Part shown: in pieces, positions 20,109 to 30,087 of the stretch
Layout: the number at the start of each line of letters is the position of its first letter
Numbering within the stretch: the stretch's first letter is position 1
Source of the DNA: a virus
Taxonomy: Duplodnaviria > Heunggongvirae > Uroviricota > Caudoviricetes
Length of the DNA stretch: 64,000 nucleotides
Strand: one strand, 5' to 3'
Virus record (IMG/VR): IMGVR_UViG_3300029713_000003
Location: 17,710-81,709 of that record
Notes under the pieces: model-generated
What the model was told of the DNA's origin: nothing
Databases searched by the model: none
Seen by the model: only the letters and a program-made list of their open reading frames with translations
Position numbers and translations under genes: made by a program

Positions 20109-20386
20109 TATTCATCACCCACAAGGTCATCCGGGAGCCGTCCGATAGAACCGGCTTTGTCCAGCAGCTTATGTCGAATGCGCTGGAAAGCCGTCCATGT
20201 ATCGTCGCTCCATTCGTCTTTCGGTTTATTTCCATTTGTTATATAGACTAAATCTTCAATGTCGGCTATAACGCGAAGAATATCCATCTTCAGCATATCT
20301 GTATAGTCATGAAGCAAATAAGTCTTTTCAGAGGTTGGATTCAGATTGCGATCTCTGTACACAACCTTTACTTTCAAATCATCCAT
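20108..20386 (-). CDS. Small connector-region protein, 92 aa
   Basis: ORF with ATG start, translationally coupled to its neighbours. Confidence 0.45.
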   Translation of the reverse strand: MDDLKVKVVYRDRNLNPTSEKTYLLHDYTDMLKMDILRVIADIEDLVYITNGNKPKDEWSDDTWTAFQRIRHKLLDKAGSIGRLPDDLVGDE

Positions 20387-20398
20387 GCACTCACCGCC

Positions 20399-20833
20399 TC
20401 ACAAAAGATGATAGCGCCCCATCTTGTACCAGATGGATCTGCGCATGGATTCCAAATCAGTAATGGTCTGCTGGAGATTCGCATAGGGTTTATCGCCATG
20501 CGTAATGCTCATCGCATCGGTCGTATAGCTTGTCAGATCATCCACGCTGCTTTGTACCTTTCGCAAAAAGGCAATCTGTGCAGATAGAATTACGTACTCA
20601 CGCTCGTCCAATGGGAGGTCTGCTGAAAACTCAGTATAGATACCGTTCTCATCTGAAGTAAACATACTTTCAGAAAAGAGCAACGCCCGACCTGTCATTG
20701 TGTATAAATGCCGGATCGCATCAGCAATATACTTTGTCATATCGTTGATGGTCACGGGGTCTGGTACGTTCTGCCATTCAATCCGATCAAAAAGCACTTT
20801 CGCAAGGATTTTCATATCTGTCATACCTTGCAC
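20399..20833 (-). CDS. Head-tail adaptor/connector candidate, 144 aa (GTG start)
   Basis: Position shortly downstream of the capsid gene. Confidence 0.4.
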   Translation of the reverse strand: MQGMTDMKILAKVLFDRIEWQNVPDPVTINDMTKYIADAIRHLYTMTGRALLFSESMFTSDENGIYTEFSADLPLDEREYVILSAQIAFLRKVQSSVDDLTSYTTDAMSITHGDKPYANLQQTITDLESMRRSIWYKMGRYHLL

Positions 20834-20844
20834 CCAGCTTTCTA

Positions 20845-21315
20845 TTACTCTCCGATAAAGTCACGCTCCGGCATCTTTGCCTTCAGCACCTTCAGCTTAG
20901 GAGCAGTCAGATTATCCATAGACATCGCCACATCATACACGCGATCCAAAACAAACGGCTCGGTAATCGTATCAAGCCACTCGCCGATTTTCTTGGGCGT
21001 AGATGCAAGATGCTTACGAATATCCTCATCATCGGAAAAATGAGGATCGTGTTCCGGGTCAATGCCAATGGACATTTCCACCTCATGGGCTGTATCATTG
21101 GTATCTCCAGAAAGATTTTCAATACGCAGCAAACCGCGCTGAATGATATTTGAAATGCTTGAAATGTAGCTCACATCATCCGTGGAGACAAGAACAAAAG
21201 AACCTGCCTTGATGTTCATGCCCATCGGTCTGTCCTGTGTACGAACTCCAACGTCGAATTTCTGTGGGTTTACGAGCTTAATCTTATCTGCCATATTTGT
21301 TCCTCTCTCCTTCAA
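20845..21315 (-). CDS. Hypothetical head protein, 156 aa
   Basis: ORF immediately downstream of the capsid gene. Confidence 0.4.
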   Translation of the reverse strand: MKERGTNMADKIKLVNPQKFDVGVRTQDRPMGMNIKAGSFVLVSTDDVSYISSISNIIQRGLLRIENLSGDTNDTAHEVEMSIGIDPEHDPHFSDDEDIRKHLASTPKKIGEWLDTITEPFVLDRVYDVAMSMDNLTAPKLKVLKAKMPERDFIGE

Positions 21316-21353
21316 AAAGAAAAAGTAAAAGGATGCTCCACCCGAAGCACCCT
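21314..21353 (-). terminator. Terminator-like hairpin downstream of the major capsid gene
   Basis: Imperfect 8-bp stem (GGTGCTTC ... GGAGCATC) followed on the minus strand by TTTTACTTTTTCTTTTT. Confidence 0.4.
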
Positions 21354-21368
21354 TTTACCAATCATCTC

Positions 21369-22379
21369 TTAGTTGCCCTGATAGACGCCGATGTACGGAC
21401 GGTCGCCAACCACAATGCCTGCGCCGATGTACTGATCCAGACGGACTTCATACACCATGTCATCGATATCCTGATTGTCCTTGCTGGTCACGTCGCCCTC
21501 AAAGAGAACCTTTAGCGGGCGCATACCTGCATCAATACCGCTCGGCAGGATGAACAGCTTGTTGGTGTCGAACACCGGAGTATCCGTGCCATCAATCAGC
21601 GGGTTCACCAGATTCACAACCTTGCAGCCGCCATACACGCCAATCATACCGGTCGCGTTGTACTCGTCCATGATGGAATCAGAGAACTGCTTTGATGTTG
21701 TAGAGGCAGTAAAGCCAGTCAGTTCTGCCAGCTGAGAAACCATATCAATGTCGCCCAGCAGGGTCGGAGCAGCGCCGCCGCTCATGCGCATCCAATGACG
21801 GATCATCGGATCCAGCGTCGCCTTAACGATGCCAGAACCAGTGCCGTAGTAAGGAGTCACAAACGGAGCAGTACCCAGCGCTGCATTCATCGTGCCCTGA
21901 ATGTACTGGTAGTAAGCCAGTTCCATCTGGTAAGCAGCGTCGTTAATCAGCGCAGCCATATCCGCCTGACTATTCTGCATCTCAACAAGGTTCACACTCG
22001 GACGAGCGCTGACCGCTACGGTATCCAGCGTAATGGTCTTGTTGGCAACCTTGCTGCGGGCAGGAGTTCCGCCCTTAGCGCCAACGTAAGCGCGGATACC
22101 CTCCAGACGAACCTTGAACTGAGCCTTCTCGCCGTAGCCAACGCGCTTGGCATCAGCAATCTGATCCAGCCAGTTGGTCTTCGGACGCACGATCTCGTTC
22201 ACAGCAAATCCGATTAGCTGCGCAATCTGATAACGGTTGTGCGGGTTCGGCTCCTTTGCCAGTTCCGCAATCATTTCATTTGTGCGCTTCGCCACGTCAG
22301 AGTCAACGCTCTCATGCTTGGCCTGCGCAACCAGCGTCTTCACGACGTTGGAATTTTTCTTGATCTCAATATAATCCAT
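21369..22379 (-). CDS. Major capsid protein (HK97-fold candidate)
   Basis: About 340 aa ORF downstream of scaffold, followed by a terminator. Start taken at MDYIEIKK with GAGGTG RBS; the track start is 22400. Confidence 0.55.
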   Translation of the reverse strand: MDYIEIKKNSNVVKTLVAQAKHESVDSDVAKRTNEMIAELAKEPNPHNRYQIAQLIGFAVNEIVRPKTNWLDQIADAKRVGYGEKAQFKVRLEGIRAYVGAKGGTPARSKVANKTITLDTVAVSARPSVNLVEMQNSQADMAALINDAAYQMELAYYQYIQGTMNAALGTAPFVTPYYGTGSGIVKATLDPMIRHWMRMSGGAAPTLLGDIDMVSQLAELTGFTASTTSKQFSDSIMDEYNATGMIGVYGGCKVVNLVNPLIDGTDTPVFDTNKLFILPSGIDAGMRPLKVLFEGDVTSKDNQDIDDMVYEVRLDQYIGAGIVVGDRPYIGVYQGN

Positions 22380-22400
22380 TACTTTTGCACCTCGTTTCAA

Positions 22401-22838
22401 TTAGGACGCCTTGGCAACGAGGCCATCAGCCGTAACCTTCAAGGTATCGCCAACCGCAAGCGTTTCAGCAAGCGAATGCTCAACGGTGATAATCATGCGC
22501 TCGCCAATCAGCGGACGATGCATGCGGACATAGTGGCCCTTGTCAACGGTGTATTCCGCTGTGTTGTACTCGCCTGCGTCTTCGTAAACTTCCCACTCGT
22601 TCTCCACGAGGAAGATTTCGTCAGCGCCAACCGCAATGACATCCAGAACCAGCGCATCCTTGCGCCACAGGGTCGTCTTCTCAACAACCTTCAGTTTGGT
22701 GTCGCAATCAGCAGCAGTCAGGATCACGTCACCGTTTGTATCAATCTTGACGAACATACCGTTCGCAAGGCCATCCACGCCAGACTTATGCTGGAAGTCG
22801 TAGATATGGCCGTTCAGTCGATTCATATAACCAGCCAT
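22401..22838 (-). CDS. Head protein (decoration protein or unknown), 145 aa
   Basis: Strong RBS AAGGAGGAAAACAA-ATG; lies between the scaffold and capsid genes. Confidence 0.4.
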   Translation of the reverse strand: MAGYMNRLNGHIYDFQHKSGVDGLANGMFVKIDTNGDVILTAADCDTKLKVVEKTTLWRKDALVLDVIAVGADEIFLVENEWEVYEDAGEYNTAEYTVDKGHYVRMHRPLIGERMIITVEHSLAETLAVGDTLKVTADGLVAKAS

Positions 22839-22850
22839 TTGTTTTCCTCC

Positions 22851-24026
22851 TTAGTCAGAAACAGCAAGCAGATCATCATACTTGCCGCCCTTCATTTCAA
22901 AGCCGTCCGTCATAATGCTTGCAACAGCAACGCCATTGGTTTCCGGCTTATCGTTTGCCATGCACATTTCCGCAATGGCCTGATAGTTCAATTCCGCAAT
23001 CGCCTTGGCAACGTCTTTATCTTCCACGTCAAGGCCCTGCTTCTCTGCAAATGTCTTTGCCTTCGCCTGATTAGCCGCAAGTTCGGCAGCAGCCTTTTCC
23101 TGCTTCATCGTTTCAAGCTCGGCCTTTGCAGCCTTCAGTTCCTCGCAAGAGGCTTCCAGCTCTTCAATTTTTGCATCGCGCTCGGCAATAGTCGCCTCTG
23201 CCTTAGCAAGATCTTCCTTGGTGCTGTCATCCGCAGGAGTTTTCTCGGCGGTTGCATCTTTCGGATCTTCCTCTTTCTTATCCTCGACGGGGGGCTTTGC
23301 AGCTTCCTCGGCAAGTTTCTGTTCAGCCTTCTCTGCACGAGCCGTCAGAGACGCAATCTGCGCATCCTTTTCAGCCAGAGAAGCCATCGCTTCTTCCAAA
23401 GTCATCTTGTTTTCAACTCCTTCAGCTTCCATTCCGTTTTCTTCGTTTTTCTCAGCCACAAGATTAAGCGCAACTGATTCCTTATAAGCAGGTATAGAAA
23501 CAACCGCAACGCCAGTGAGAGCATTGTTTTCATTCACATCGACATACAGCACGCCATCTTTCTCTATGGTTGCGTCTTTGTCATACTTGATTTCAAAGGA
23601 AAATTTCAGACAACCGCACCGGTACAACTCCATTAGCGCTTCGCATACGCCTGCCTCGCGTTTCGGGATGCGACCTTCGGCAATCAGTGATGTGCCGTAT
23701 TCGCCATCCTCTTTGCGAAACAAGGTAATGCTGCCAATTTGCTTTGTACCAAAGGTGCCGGTGTCAGCGTTATACATGTGTCCAAGATGCAGGTAATCCC
23801 CGCTCAGAAGTCTTTCAACATCAGCATATAAAGGCAGACAAGCGTACTTCTCCGGATGGGCAACCACCTCATCAATAAACTGTGGGGTTACGCCCTCCGC
23901 ATTACCATTGGGCTGTGTGGAGAGGATTCTCATCTCGACCAGTAGAAAAATGTCATTCGACTTCTGCTCTGATATGGCAACGTCGGAAGCCAATACATAA
24001 AGTTTCTCATCTGCCATATTGTTCAT
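22851..24026 (-). CDS. Scaffolding protein with Ala/Glu/Lys-rich coiled-coil C-terminus, possibly fused to an N-terminal prohead-protease-like domain
   Basis: C-terminal ~180 aa is AEKAEQKLAEEAAK... coiled coil. Position between portal and capsid. Confidence 0.45.
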   Translation of the reverse strand: MNNMADEKLYVLASDVAISEQKSNDIFLLVEMRILSTQPNGNAEGVTPQFIDEVVAHPEKYACLPLYADVERLLSGDYLHLGHMYNADTGTFGTKQIGSITLFRKEDGEYGTSLIAEGRIPKREAGVCEALMELYRCGCLKFSFEIKYDKDATIEKDGVLYVDVNENNALTGVAVVSIPAYKESVALNLVAEKNEENGMEAEGVENKMTLEEAMASLAEKDAQIASLTARAEKAEQKLAEEAAKPPVEDKKEEDPKDATAEKTPADDSTKEDLAKAEATIAERDAKIEELEASCEELKAAKAELETMKQEKAAAELAANQAKAKTFAEKQGLDVEDKDVAKAIAELNYQAIAEMCMANDKPETNGVAVASIMTDGFEMKGGKYDDLLAVSD

Positions 24027-24119
24027 TCCTTGCTTTTACAAAATCGTGTTAGGAGGTCACGATCTGGTAAATAAAATATAATTAAAGGAACGCGCTTGAA
24101 CACGTTCCCTCAATCCAAA

Positions 24120-25700
24120 TTATTGTGTTTCCTGTTCTACGCTGCCATCAGGGTTGGACGGCTTAGGCTGTCGGCCTGTCTGAGAGTTTGCGGGATCACT
24201 GTGCCGCTCCTCTTCGTCCAGCGTTGGCCTTCCGCGAACGCCGTTATCGGCAGCTTTATCTGCGGTTTCTCTGCAATTGTCTTTGTCAGAAGGAGCAAGC
24301 ACCGCATGTACGCCTTGCGCCTCTTCCGTCTTCTTGCGCTCAACTTCCTGATTCATATCCAAACCATAAGACTGCATCAGCGTCTCATGAGAAAGAACAC
24401 CTTCCTGCCACAGTTTGAGGCAGGTATCTTGAAACGCCTTGGAACCAGATAGATCCGTAGGCGGGAATGTAAAGCGTGGAATCTGATCGTTGGCACTATG
24501 CTTCAGTGTGTTGCCAACACGGAAGTTTAACCTCCGATTGATCTTATCCATCATATCGCAAAAAGAATCTTTCGCCTGCTTGATTCGCATGGCTGCAGTC
24601 TGCATGCTCACTTGAGCAGAAGCAAATGTTGAACCATCTTCGGCATGACCGGAAACAATAATTCCTGAAATGCCACCGGCAGAAAGAATGTCGCTGTTGA
24701 CGCCTTTGTATTTGTCATACTCGAAAATGTCGTCCGTCTTCGGCTGGATTACTTCGGCGCTGCACCAGTTGTTGGTGACAGCCAATGCCGTTCCAGTCAT
24801 TGCAGACTTGAACAGTTTGCTGACCTGATTCAGCACATTGACATCCGGAAGGACTTCCTGATTTTTATCGCCATACTTGACATGAACAAAGGAGCGAGCC
24901 GCCAAGTCAATCAGAGAATCCTCATAGTTGGAAATGCGTTCCTTTTTCTCGAAAGCCTTTAGACAGGCAGCTACCATCGGTACGGCGTATCGCATCCAGC
25001 CTTCCTTCAGATCCTGCATAACAAATGTGTTGGCAGGATTTAGCTGAACCCATTCTTTCCACTCAGTCTTAATGGCAAGCGCCACTTCCGGCGGATAACC
25101 GCTCAGGCGAACATCAAGATCTTCATCTTCGACCCATTGCTTAAAGGTCTGCCCGCAACGCTTAATCAAATCGTCCCGAACGGATCGGCAGTTAAATTCC
25201 ACCACAGGCTCTCCGTCGATTGAAACATTTCCAATCCTGCATAAGTGGATGGGCAAAACAATCAGCCGGTCATTCGGCATCATGTACACGACCACATTGG
25301 CATACTTATAAAACTCAAGAAATACATCCTCCATAAATTGACGGAAGCCGATTCTCTCATAGTAATCTATGTATTTCTTTTTTACTCGTTCGTTTGCGCC
25401 TACAAGCCGGAAACCGTCGCTGATACTAAACGGGGTATAGACTTCTTTGATAATTCCCCTAAATACAGGATCTGCATCTGAATAGTAGTCCGACAATTCA
25501 TACAGCTGCAGGATATGCTTTTGCTTGTTTCGCAAAATCGCCCGGTAGTTATAACCAGCCAGACATCCTTGAAAAGTGATGTCACGATCTGCAAATGTCA
25601 TAGACACATTTGCGTCAGGTCCAACAAAGACCTCTTTTGGCTTATCTGGTTCTGGAGGCGGAGCTGGAGGCTTTGCCTTAAACCAATCAAATATTCCCAT
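24120..25700 (-). CDS. Portal protein, 526 aa
   Basis: Size and position immediately downstream of TerL; acidic and Pro-rich tail; RBS GGAGGAATGA. Confidence 0.55.
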   Translation of the reverse strand: MGIFDWFKAKPPAPPPEPDKPKEVFVGPDANVSMTFADRDITFQGCLAGYNYRAILRNKQKHILQLYELSDYYSDADPVFRGIIKEVYTPFSISDGFRLVGANERVKKKYIDYYERIGFRQFMEDVFLEFYKYANVVVYMMPNDRLIVLPIHLCRIGNVSIDGEPVVEFNCRSVRDDLIKRCGQTFKQWVEDEDLDVRLSGYPPEVALAIKTEWKEWVQLNPANTFVMQDLKEGWMRYAVPMVAACLKAFEKKERISNYEDSLIDLAARSFVHVKYGDKNQEVLPDVNVLNQVSKLFKSAMTGTALAVTNNWCSAEVIQPKTDDIFEYDKYKGVNSDILSAGGISGIIVSGHAEDGSTFASAQVSMQTAAMRIKQAKDSFCDMMDKINRRLNFRVGNTLKHSANDQIPRFTFPPTDLSGSKAFQDTCLKLWQEGVLSHETLMQSYGLDMNQEVERKKTEEAQGVHAVLAPSDKDNCRETADKAADNGVRGRPTLDEEERHSDPANSQTGRQPKPSNPDGSVEQETQ

Positions 25701-25715
25701 CTCTCATTCCTCCAT

Positions 25716-27404
25716 TTAGAATGTTGTCACAACACCAATGCACACATTGTTATAATTGCGTGCAAGTTTCACTTTGCGTTCTTCCTCCAGTTCGGAGACA
25801 TATCTTAGTCCCATAGCCAGCGAAGACCATCTGTCTTTGTGCTGTGTTGATTTTGCAGTATCATAAACGATTGCACCGGACGCCGTCTCACGGGAAACAA
25901 CGTTTCCCATCTCAATTTGCAAAGCATCTGTTTCAACGAAGATTGCTTTCTCTGCTTGCGTCAAGTTGCGTTGATTCTTCGGCGAATCTCCTTCGTCGTC
26001 TTCATCAGGGCGCACAACAGTGTTTCCCAAAATATAACGGCTGTTTATCGGTATCTGAATCAGTTCCCGCTCAAAGTTAATCGTTGTCTGGGAAACAAGC
26101 TGCTGGTTAATCTGGTTGTTTGCAGCACATGGGCGCAACAGCGGAACCGCATCATGAATGATAGAATGTTCCGTGTCCATGACCAGAGGCGGATATTCTT
26201 TATTTGTCTCCGGGTCTGTCCATGGTTGAGACAGAAACTGAGGAAACGCATCTCCAAGACCGCGATAGTCAAATACAACCTTGATGGTGTTTGGGAAGCG
26301 AACCAAGAGCTTGCGAAGCTCAACCGCCAGCGCATCCAAGCGTTTTCCGTGGTAAGACCGAATGTATACCAGCTTCTTGATGTACATGCCGTCCTCGCGC
26401 TCGATTAGCTTCAGCACGGTAATCACCGCGTTGTCCGCATGCTTTGCAGCGGAGGTCGCAAGGTCAAGGGTGATTACATACTGGGATGTGCTCTTTGCTG
26501 GCTGCGCAGTTTCAACTTCCGTCAGGTTCCGGCATCGTTCAGTGAGCTCGTATGGGAAGATGGAACCGCTTTCTGCACCCATGAAGATCGTTCCATATTC
26601 CATTCGGAAGTTTACTTCAGGTAACGTCTCACGTTCCTTTTCAAAGAACTCCATTTTCGTAATACCAACACGCGCCGCCGACTCATAGTCCAGCGCACAG
26701 GCGAAATAGGATGTATCACCCTGCCCCAGTTTTTTCAACGCATCGCAGAACGCAGTGTAGAAATAGTTCGACTTCAAACAAGCCGATGTAATGCTTACCA
26801 GTTTTGAAGGGTAATCAGGGATGTCGTTTGCAACACAATGGGAACGTGTCGTATTACGAACAGGCTTGACAACCTTGGAGAGGACATACTCTTTTACTTC
26901 TGGCGCTTCGTCCACAACAATAACCTTTGCACGAGAACCAAGAAAGGTTCCAAGCGAATAGCTCTCAATCTTAGAACCATTGCCGAAGCGGACAACGCCT
27001 TTGTTGGCATTCACGTTCACGGGTTTTTTGCCGCTGCCGTAATCCAGTTCTTTCCTGATATTCTCATTGTCCGCAAACTCATCTTCAATCTTTTTAAGCA
27101 TGAGGGTCGCTTGCTGCGCGGTGGCGGAAACAACCGCGATAAAACTTCTTGGATATAGAATCGCAAGCGCGATGCAGCAAATGGCGCAGATCCATGTCTT
27201 GCCATAGCCACGAGATTGCGTCAAAAAAAGCGTGTCACCATTGCCAAAAGCTCTGGCTTCAACACGCTGCGTATCTTTAAGCGGCACATGCAGATAGTCT
27301 ACAATAAACACATCCAAGTGTGTCCGCCAATACCAAACCATTTCTGTCCAGCCAGCAATGTTCGCGATCTCTCGAACGTTGTTGACCTGACTTTCCATCG
27401 ACAT
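25716..27404 (-). CDS. terL: Terminase large subunit
   Basis: 562 aa with an N-terminal ATPase region (GYGKTW Walker-A-like, VIVVDEA Walker B) and a C-terminal nuclease-like region (VITLDLATS...D). Followed by the portal gene. Confidence 0.8.
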   Translation of the reverse strand: MSMESQVNNVREIANIAGWTEMVWYWRTHLDVFIVDYLHVPLKDTQRVEARAFGNGDTLFLTQSRGYGKTWICAICCIALAILYPRSFIAVVSATAQQATLMLKKIEDEFADNENIRKELDYGSGKKPVNVNANKGVVRFGNGSKIESYSLGTFLGSRAKVIVVDEAPEVKEYVLSKVVKPVRNTTRSHCVANDIPDYPSKLVSITSACLKSNYFYTAFCDALKKLGQGDTSYFACALDYESAARVGITKMEFFEKERETLPEVNFRMEYGTIFMGAESGSIFPYELTERCRNLTEVETAQPAKSTSQYVITLDLATSAAKHADNAVITVLKLIEREDGMYIKKLVYIRSYHGKRLDALAVELRKLLVRFPNTIKVVFDYRGLGDAFPQFLSQPWTDPETNKEYPPLVMDTEHSIIHDAVPLLRPCAANNQINQQLVSQTTINFERELIQIPINSRYILGNTVVRPDEDDEGDSPKNQRNLTQAEKAIFVETDALQIEMGNVVSRETASGAIVYDTAKSTQHKDRWSSLAMGLRYVSELEEERKVKLARNYNNVCIGVVTTF

Positions 27405-28258
27405 TAGATCTGTGCTCCTACCGCAACAGCCACATGCCGGTAATCTGCCATAACCTTGTCAATATCATCTTCTGGGAATATGAAAGGATTGATATCTAAC
27501 TGATGATTGATTTCAAGATTATAAATGATATTGCCCAGCGATGTAAGTCCGGTTGACGAACCGGGCTTTCGGGCGCAGGCAGCAAAGTTGCTGGACTTAG
27601 ATAAGTTGTCAAAAATCTTTTGAACCTCATTGTATTCACTGGCGGAGATCTCGCCGCGCCGCATCTTGTCTTCGGCAATGTCCGCGTTCAATGACGCCTT
27701 CGCAACTTTGCGGGCATAATCACGAACACTGACATTTCCAAGATCGAAGTCACGCTCGTATTCTTCGTAAGTGGCGTCCAGTATGGCAATTTGGTCTTTG
27801 GTAAAATAACCGCGCCATACCTTACTGTATTCCATCTTCGTGTCGCGCTCTTCAATCTTCTGTGCCTCAAAAACATCGTTTGTTTTTACGTTATCAAGAT
27901 ACGTATAAAATGACTTCATGTTCATCAACGTAAAGAACTGCCGGCATGTTGCTTCATCAACAATAGCCTTTTTCTTTTCCGTTGGTGTTTTTGGATTTAC
28001 GTAAAGAGGATTGTTGCTCAAATAATATTGAGCCTTCTTGTAGGAAGAATCCCAATAGCTATCCTCCCACTTGCGGTTGTTCTCAAAGCAATATTGTTTT
28101 AACGATTCCTGATCGGTACAATAGCGCTGCGCACATTCTTTGCACCATGCGTCATGGTAACTTTGTGCTGCCCATTTCTTGTTGGGATAAAACTCACTCA
28201 GTGGGAGAGAACGATTGCATTTAATACACAGCTTATAATTCGCTGACGCTTTTGCCAT
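27404..28258 (-). CDS. Terminase small subunit candidate, DNA-binding protein with N-terminal CxxC...CxxC zinc ribbon
   Basis: Immediately upstream of TerL and overlapping its start; call is position-based only. Confidence 0.35.
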   Translation of the reverse strand: MAKASANYKLCIKCNRSLPLSEFYPNKKWAAQSYHDAWCKECAQRYCTDQESLKQYCFENNRKWEDSYWDSSYKKAQYYLSNNPLYVNPKTPTEKKKAIVDEATCRQFFTLMNMKSFYTYLDNVKTNDVFEAQKIEERDTKMEYSKVWRGYFTKDQIAILDATYEEYERDFDLGNVSVRDYARKVAKASLNADIAEDKMRRGEISASEYNEVQKIFDNLSKSSNFAACARKPGSSTGLTSLGNIIYNLEINHQLDINPFIFPEDDIDKVMADYRHVAVAVGAQI

Positions 28259-28302
28259 TTACGCTTCCCTCCTTTAATATTAAAAAAGAGCTGATTTTGA
28301 AA

Positions 28303-29508
28303 TCAACTCTCTGTTCCTAAATCAATTGGGTAAACAACTTGGCGTCCATACTTGGGTGACATCACAAAGGCGGTTGCACCAGCACGTCCGCCATAACCTT
28401 TGCTCTGCGCGTACTTATCCATGCCGCACAGAGACGGCACTCGAATAATTACAGAATTTCCATCACTGGTATATCCAGATGGGAATTCCTGCTCTTTATG
28501 CAAATGACCACAAACAAAATAATCTACACGCTCGCCATATAGGTTCACCGTATTTCGAGCAATCTGGTCGATACTCTTCTCTCCATCACCATGAAGCAGC
28601 ACAAAGTTATATCCGCAAATGGTGATCTTGGACATTTGCCCGCAATCGCGCATCACGATCACGTTGTCATTGTCCTTGAGCCGTTCATCTAAAAACCAGA
28701 AGACGATCTTCTCCAGATTCTCATCCGGGAACTCACGTGCTTTTGATTTGAAAGGGCGAACTTCAGAATGGTTGCCCGTTACACCCATAACACCAACCGT
28801 GGCATAACCAGATAACTGATTGATCCATCTCGATAAGTACTCAGAAAGGTGAATGACAGATTCAACCAATCCATATTCCAATTTCATCAGCTGGCTCTGG
28901 CGAAGCATTCCATCCACCAAATCTCCCATAAAGAAGAGGTTTACAAATCCGATTTCTTCACGCTTAATGATCCAGATAATATCATCAAGAAGTTTTTGCA
29001 TGCGAGTTTCAAAAACTTCACTGTTGTAGCGGTTCAGGCATTCTCCATATAAACCGCGAACGTCAATGTCCGCTCCGTAATGAAAGTCGCCCATGGCAAC
29101 TACAAGCTCTCGTGCTCTATGCTCCTTGTCTTGCGGCATCGGCTGAATTTCGATTTCCGGCAAACTGGGCAACTGCTGTACCGCCTGCTGCACTGTCTCG
29201 CGCAATAACTGGCTCCGCGATTCGGAGCGATAAGCGGCGTTCAGCTTATTTCCCAAGTCCCGCATCTTCTGGCGTTCCATGTACTCGGTGCCAGACTCAT
29301 CGGAGTTACCGCAGAAAGACATTCCAGCATCGCTTGCCAGCTTTACGCCAACTCCGGCCTTCCGAAGTGTTTCCGCATTTACCGTCAGATCAAACTCCTC
29401 ACAGATTTCTGCCCAGTCTTTATCGGACGCACCGTTCTTTTTGTCAATCATTTCGCCTACTAGATTTCGTTTCGCTTCTGATGGAAGCTCGTCAATCGTA
29501 TAACCCAT
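28303..29508 (-). CDS. Calcineurin-like metallophosphoesterase with ~120-aa N-terminal extension
   Basis: Motifs GDFHYG, GDLVDG, GNHS and GHLH, which are the metallophosphatase signatures. First gene of the late arm after the tRNA array. Confidence 0.65.
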   Translation of the reverse strand: MGYTIDELPSEAKRNLVGEMIDKKNGASDKDWAEICEEFDLTVNAETLRKAGVGVKLASDAGMSFCGNSDESGTEYMERQKMRDLGNKLNAAYRSESRSQLLRETVQQAVQQLPSLPEIEIQPMPQDKEHRARELVVAMGDFHYGADIDVRGLYGECLNRYNSEVFETRMQKLLDDIIWIIKREEIGFVNLFFMGDLVDGMLRQSQLMKLEYGLVESVIHLSEYLSRWINQLSGYATVGVMGVTGNHSEVRPFKSKAREFPDENLEKIVFWFLDERLKDNDNVIVMRDCGQMSKITICGYNFVLLHGDGEKSIDQIARNTVNLYGERVDYFVCGHLHKEQEFPSGYTSDGNSVIIRVPSLCGMDKYAQSKGYGGRAGATAFVMSPKYGRQVVYPIDLGTES

Positions 29509-29537
29509 CCTGTCACATCCTTCGTCGCCTTATCAAC

Positions 29538-29613
29538 TGGTGCCAGCGGTCGGACTTGAACCGACAAATCAACGGGTTAGATCCGTTTGCATATGCCATT
29601 CTGCTACACTGGC
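29538..29613 (-). tRNA. tRNA with anticodon CUA (candidate amber suppressor; isotype undetermined, possibly Gln-derived)
   Basis: 76-nt cloverleaf: acceptor GCCAGTG/CGCTGGC, discriminator A, CCA encoded. Anticodon stem AACGG/CCGTT is perfect. Anticodon loop is AUCUAAC with U33, C34-U35-A36 and A37. T arm is GTCGG-TTCAAGT-CCGAC. Confidence 0.6.
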
Positions 29614-29617
29614 AAAT

Positions 29618-29692
29618 TGGAGCCGGACACGGGACTCGAACCCGCAACCTGCTGATTACAAGTCAGCTGCTCTACCATTGAGCTAATCCGGC
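29618..29692 (-). tRNA. tRNA-Thr (anticodon TGT)
   Basis: Cloverleaf with D stem GCTC/GAGC, anticodon loop CTTGTAA and T loop TTCGAGT. Confidence 0.7.
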
Positions 29693-29807
29693 ACATGGCG
29701 TACTTGATATTTGGTGACGAAGACAAGTACACGAACTACTCCGGGAGACTGCGGGCGATCAACTCCGCTTGCTGGTTTTACAGTCAAGGTGGCTTCCTTC
29801 ACCTTTC

Positions 29808-29891
29808 TGGTGCGGACAAAGAGACTTGAACTCTTACGAGATAACTCACCAGATCCTAAGTCTGGCGCGTCTGCCATTCCGCCACGCCCGC
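29808..29891 (-). tRNA. tRNA-Leu (anticodon TAG), class II
   Basis: 84 nt with a long variable arm; anticodon loop CTTAGGA; T arm AAGAG-TTCAAGT-CTCTT. Confidence 0.65.
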
Positions 29892-29904
29892 ATAATCTTT
29901 ACAA

Positions 29905-29980
29905 TGGCAGGGCCTAAAGGATTCGAACCTTTATCTTCTCGTTTTGGAGACGAGTGTTTTACCAGTTATACTAAAACCCC
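29905..29980 (-). tRNA. tRNA-Trp (anticodon CCA)
   Basis: Anticodon stem CTCGT/ACGAG, loop CTCCAAA, T loop TTCGAAT. Confidence 0.7.
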
Positions 29981-30087
29981 ATATGGCGGTTTGAAAATTT
30001 CGGAGGTGCCGCCAATCCATCATCCGAACGTAAGCAAGGATTGCCACGACAATCCCAGAAACCTTTTCTACACTAGTAGATAGGCAA

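Noticed and set aside
29710-29801. 92-nt tRNA-like candidate (possible class-II tRNA or tRNA-Sec) ending in a CCA-like tggtgacg
   Set aside because: The acceptor stem pairs but no convincing T arm or anticodon stem could be drawn. Probably a degenerate remnant. Left out of the tRNA list.
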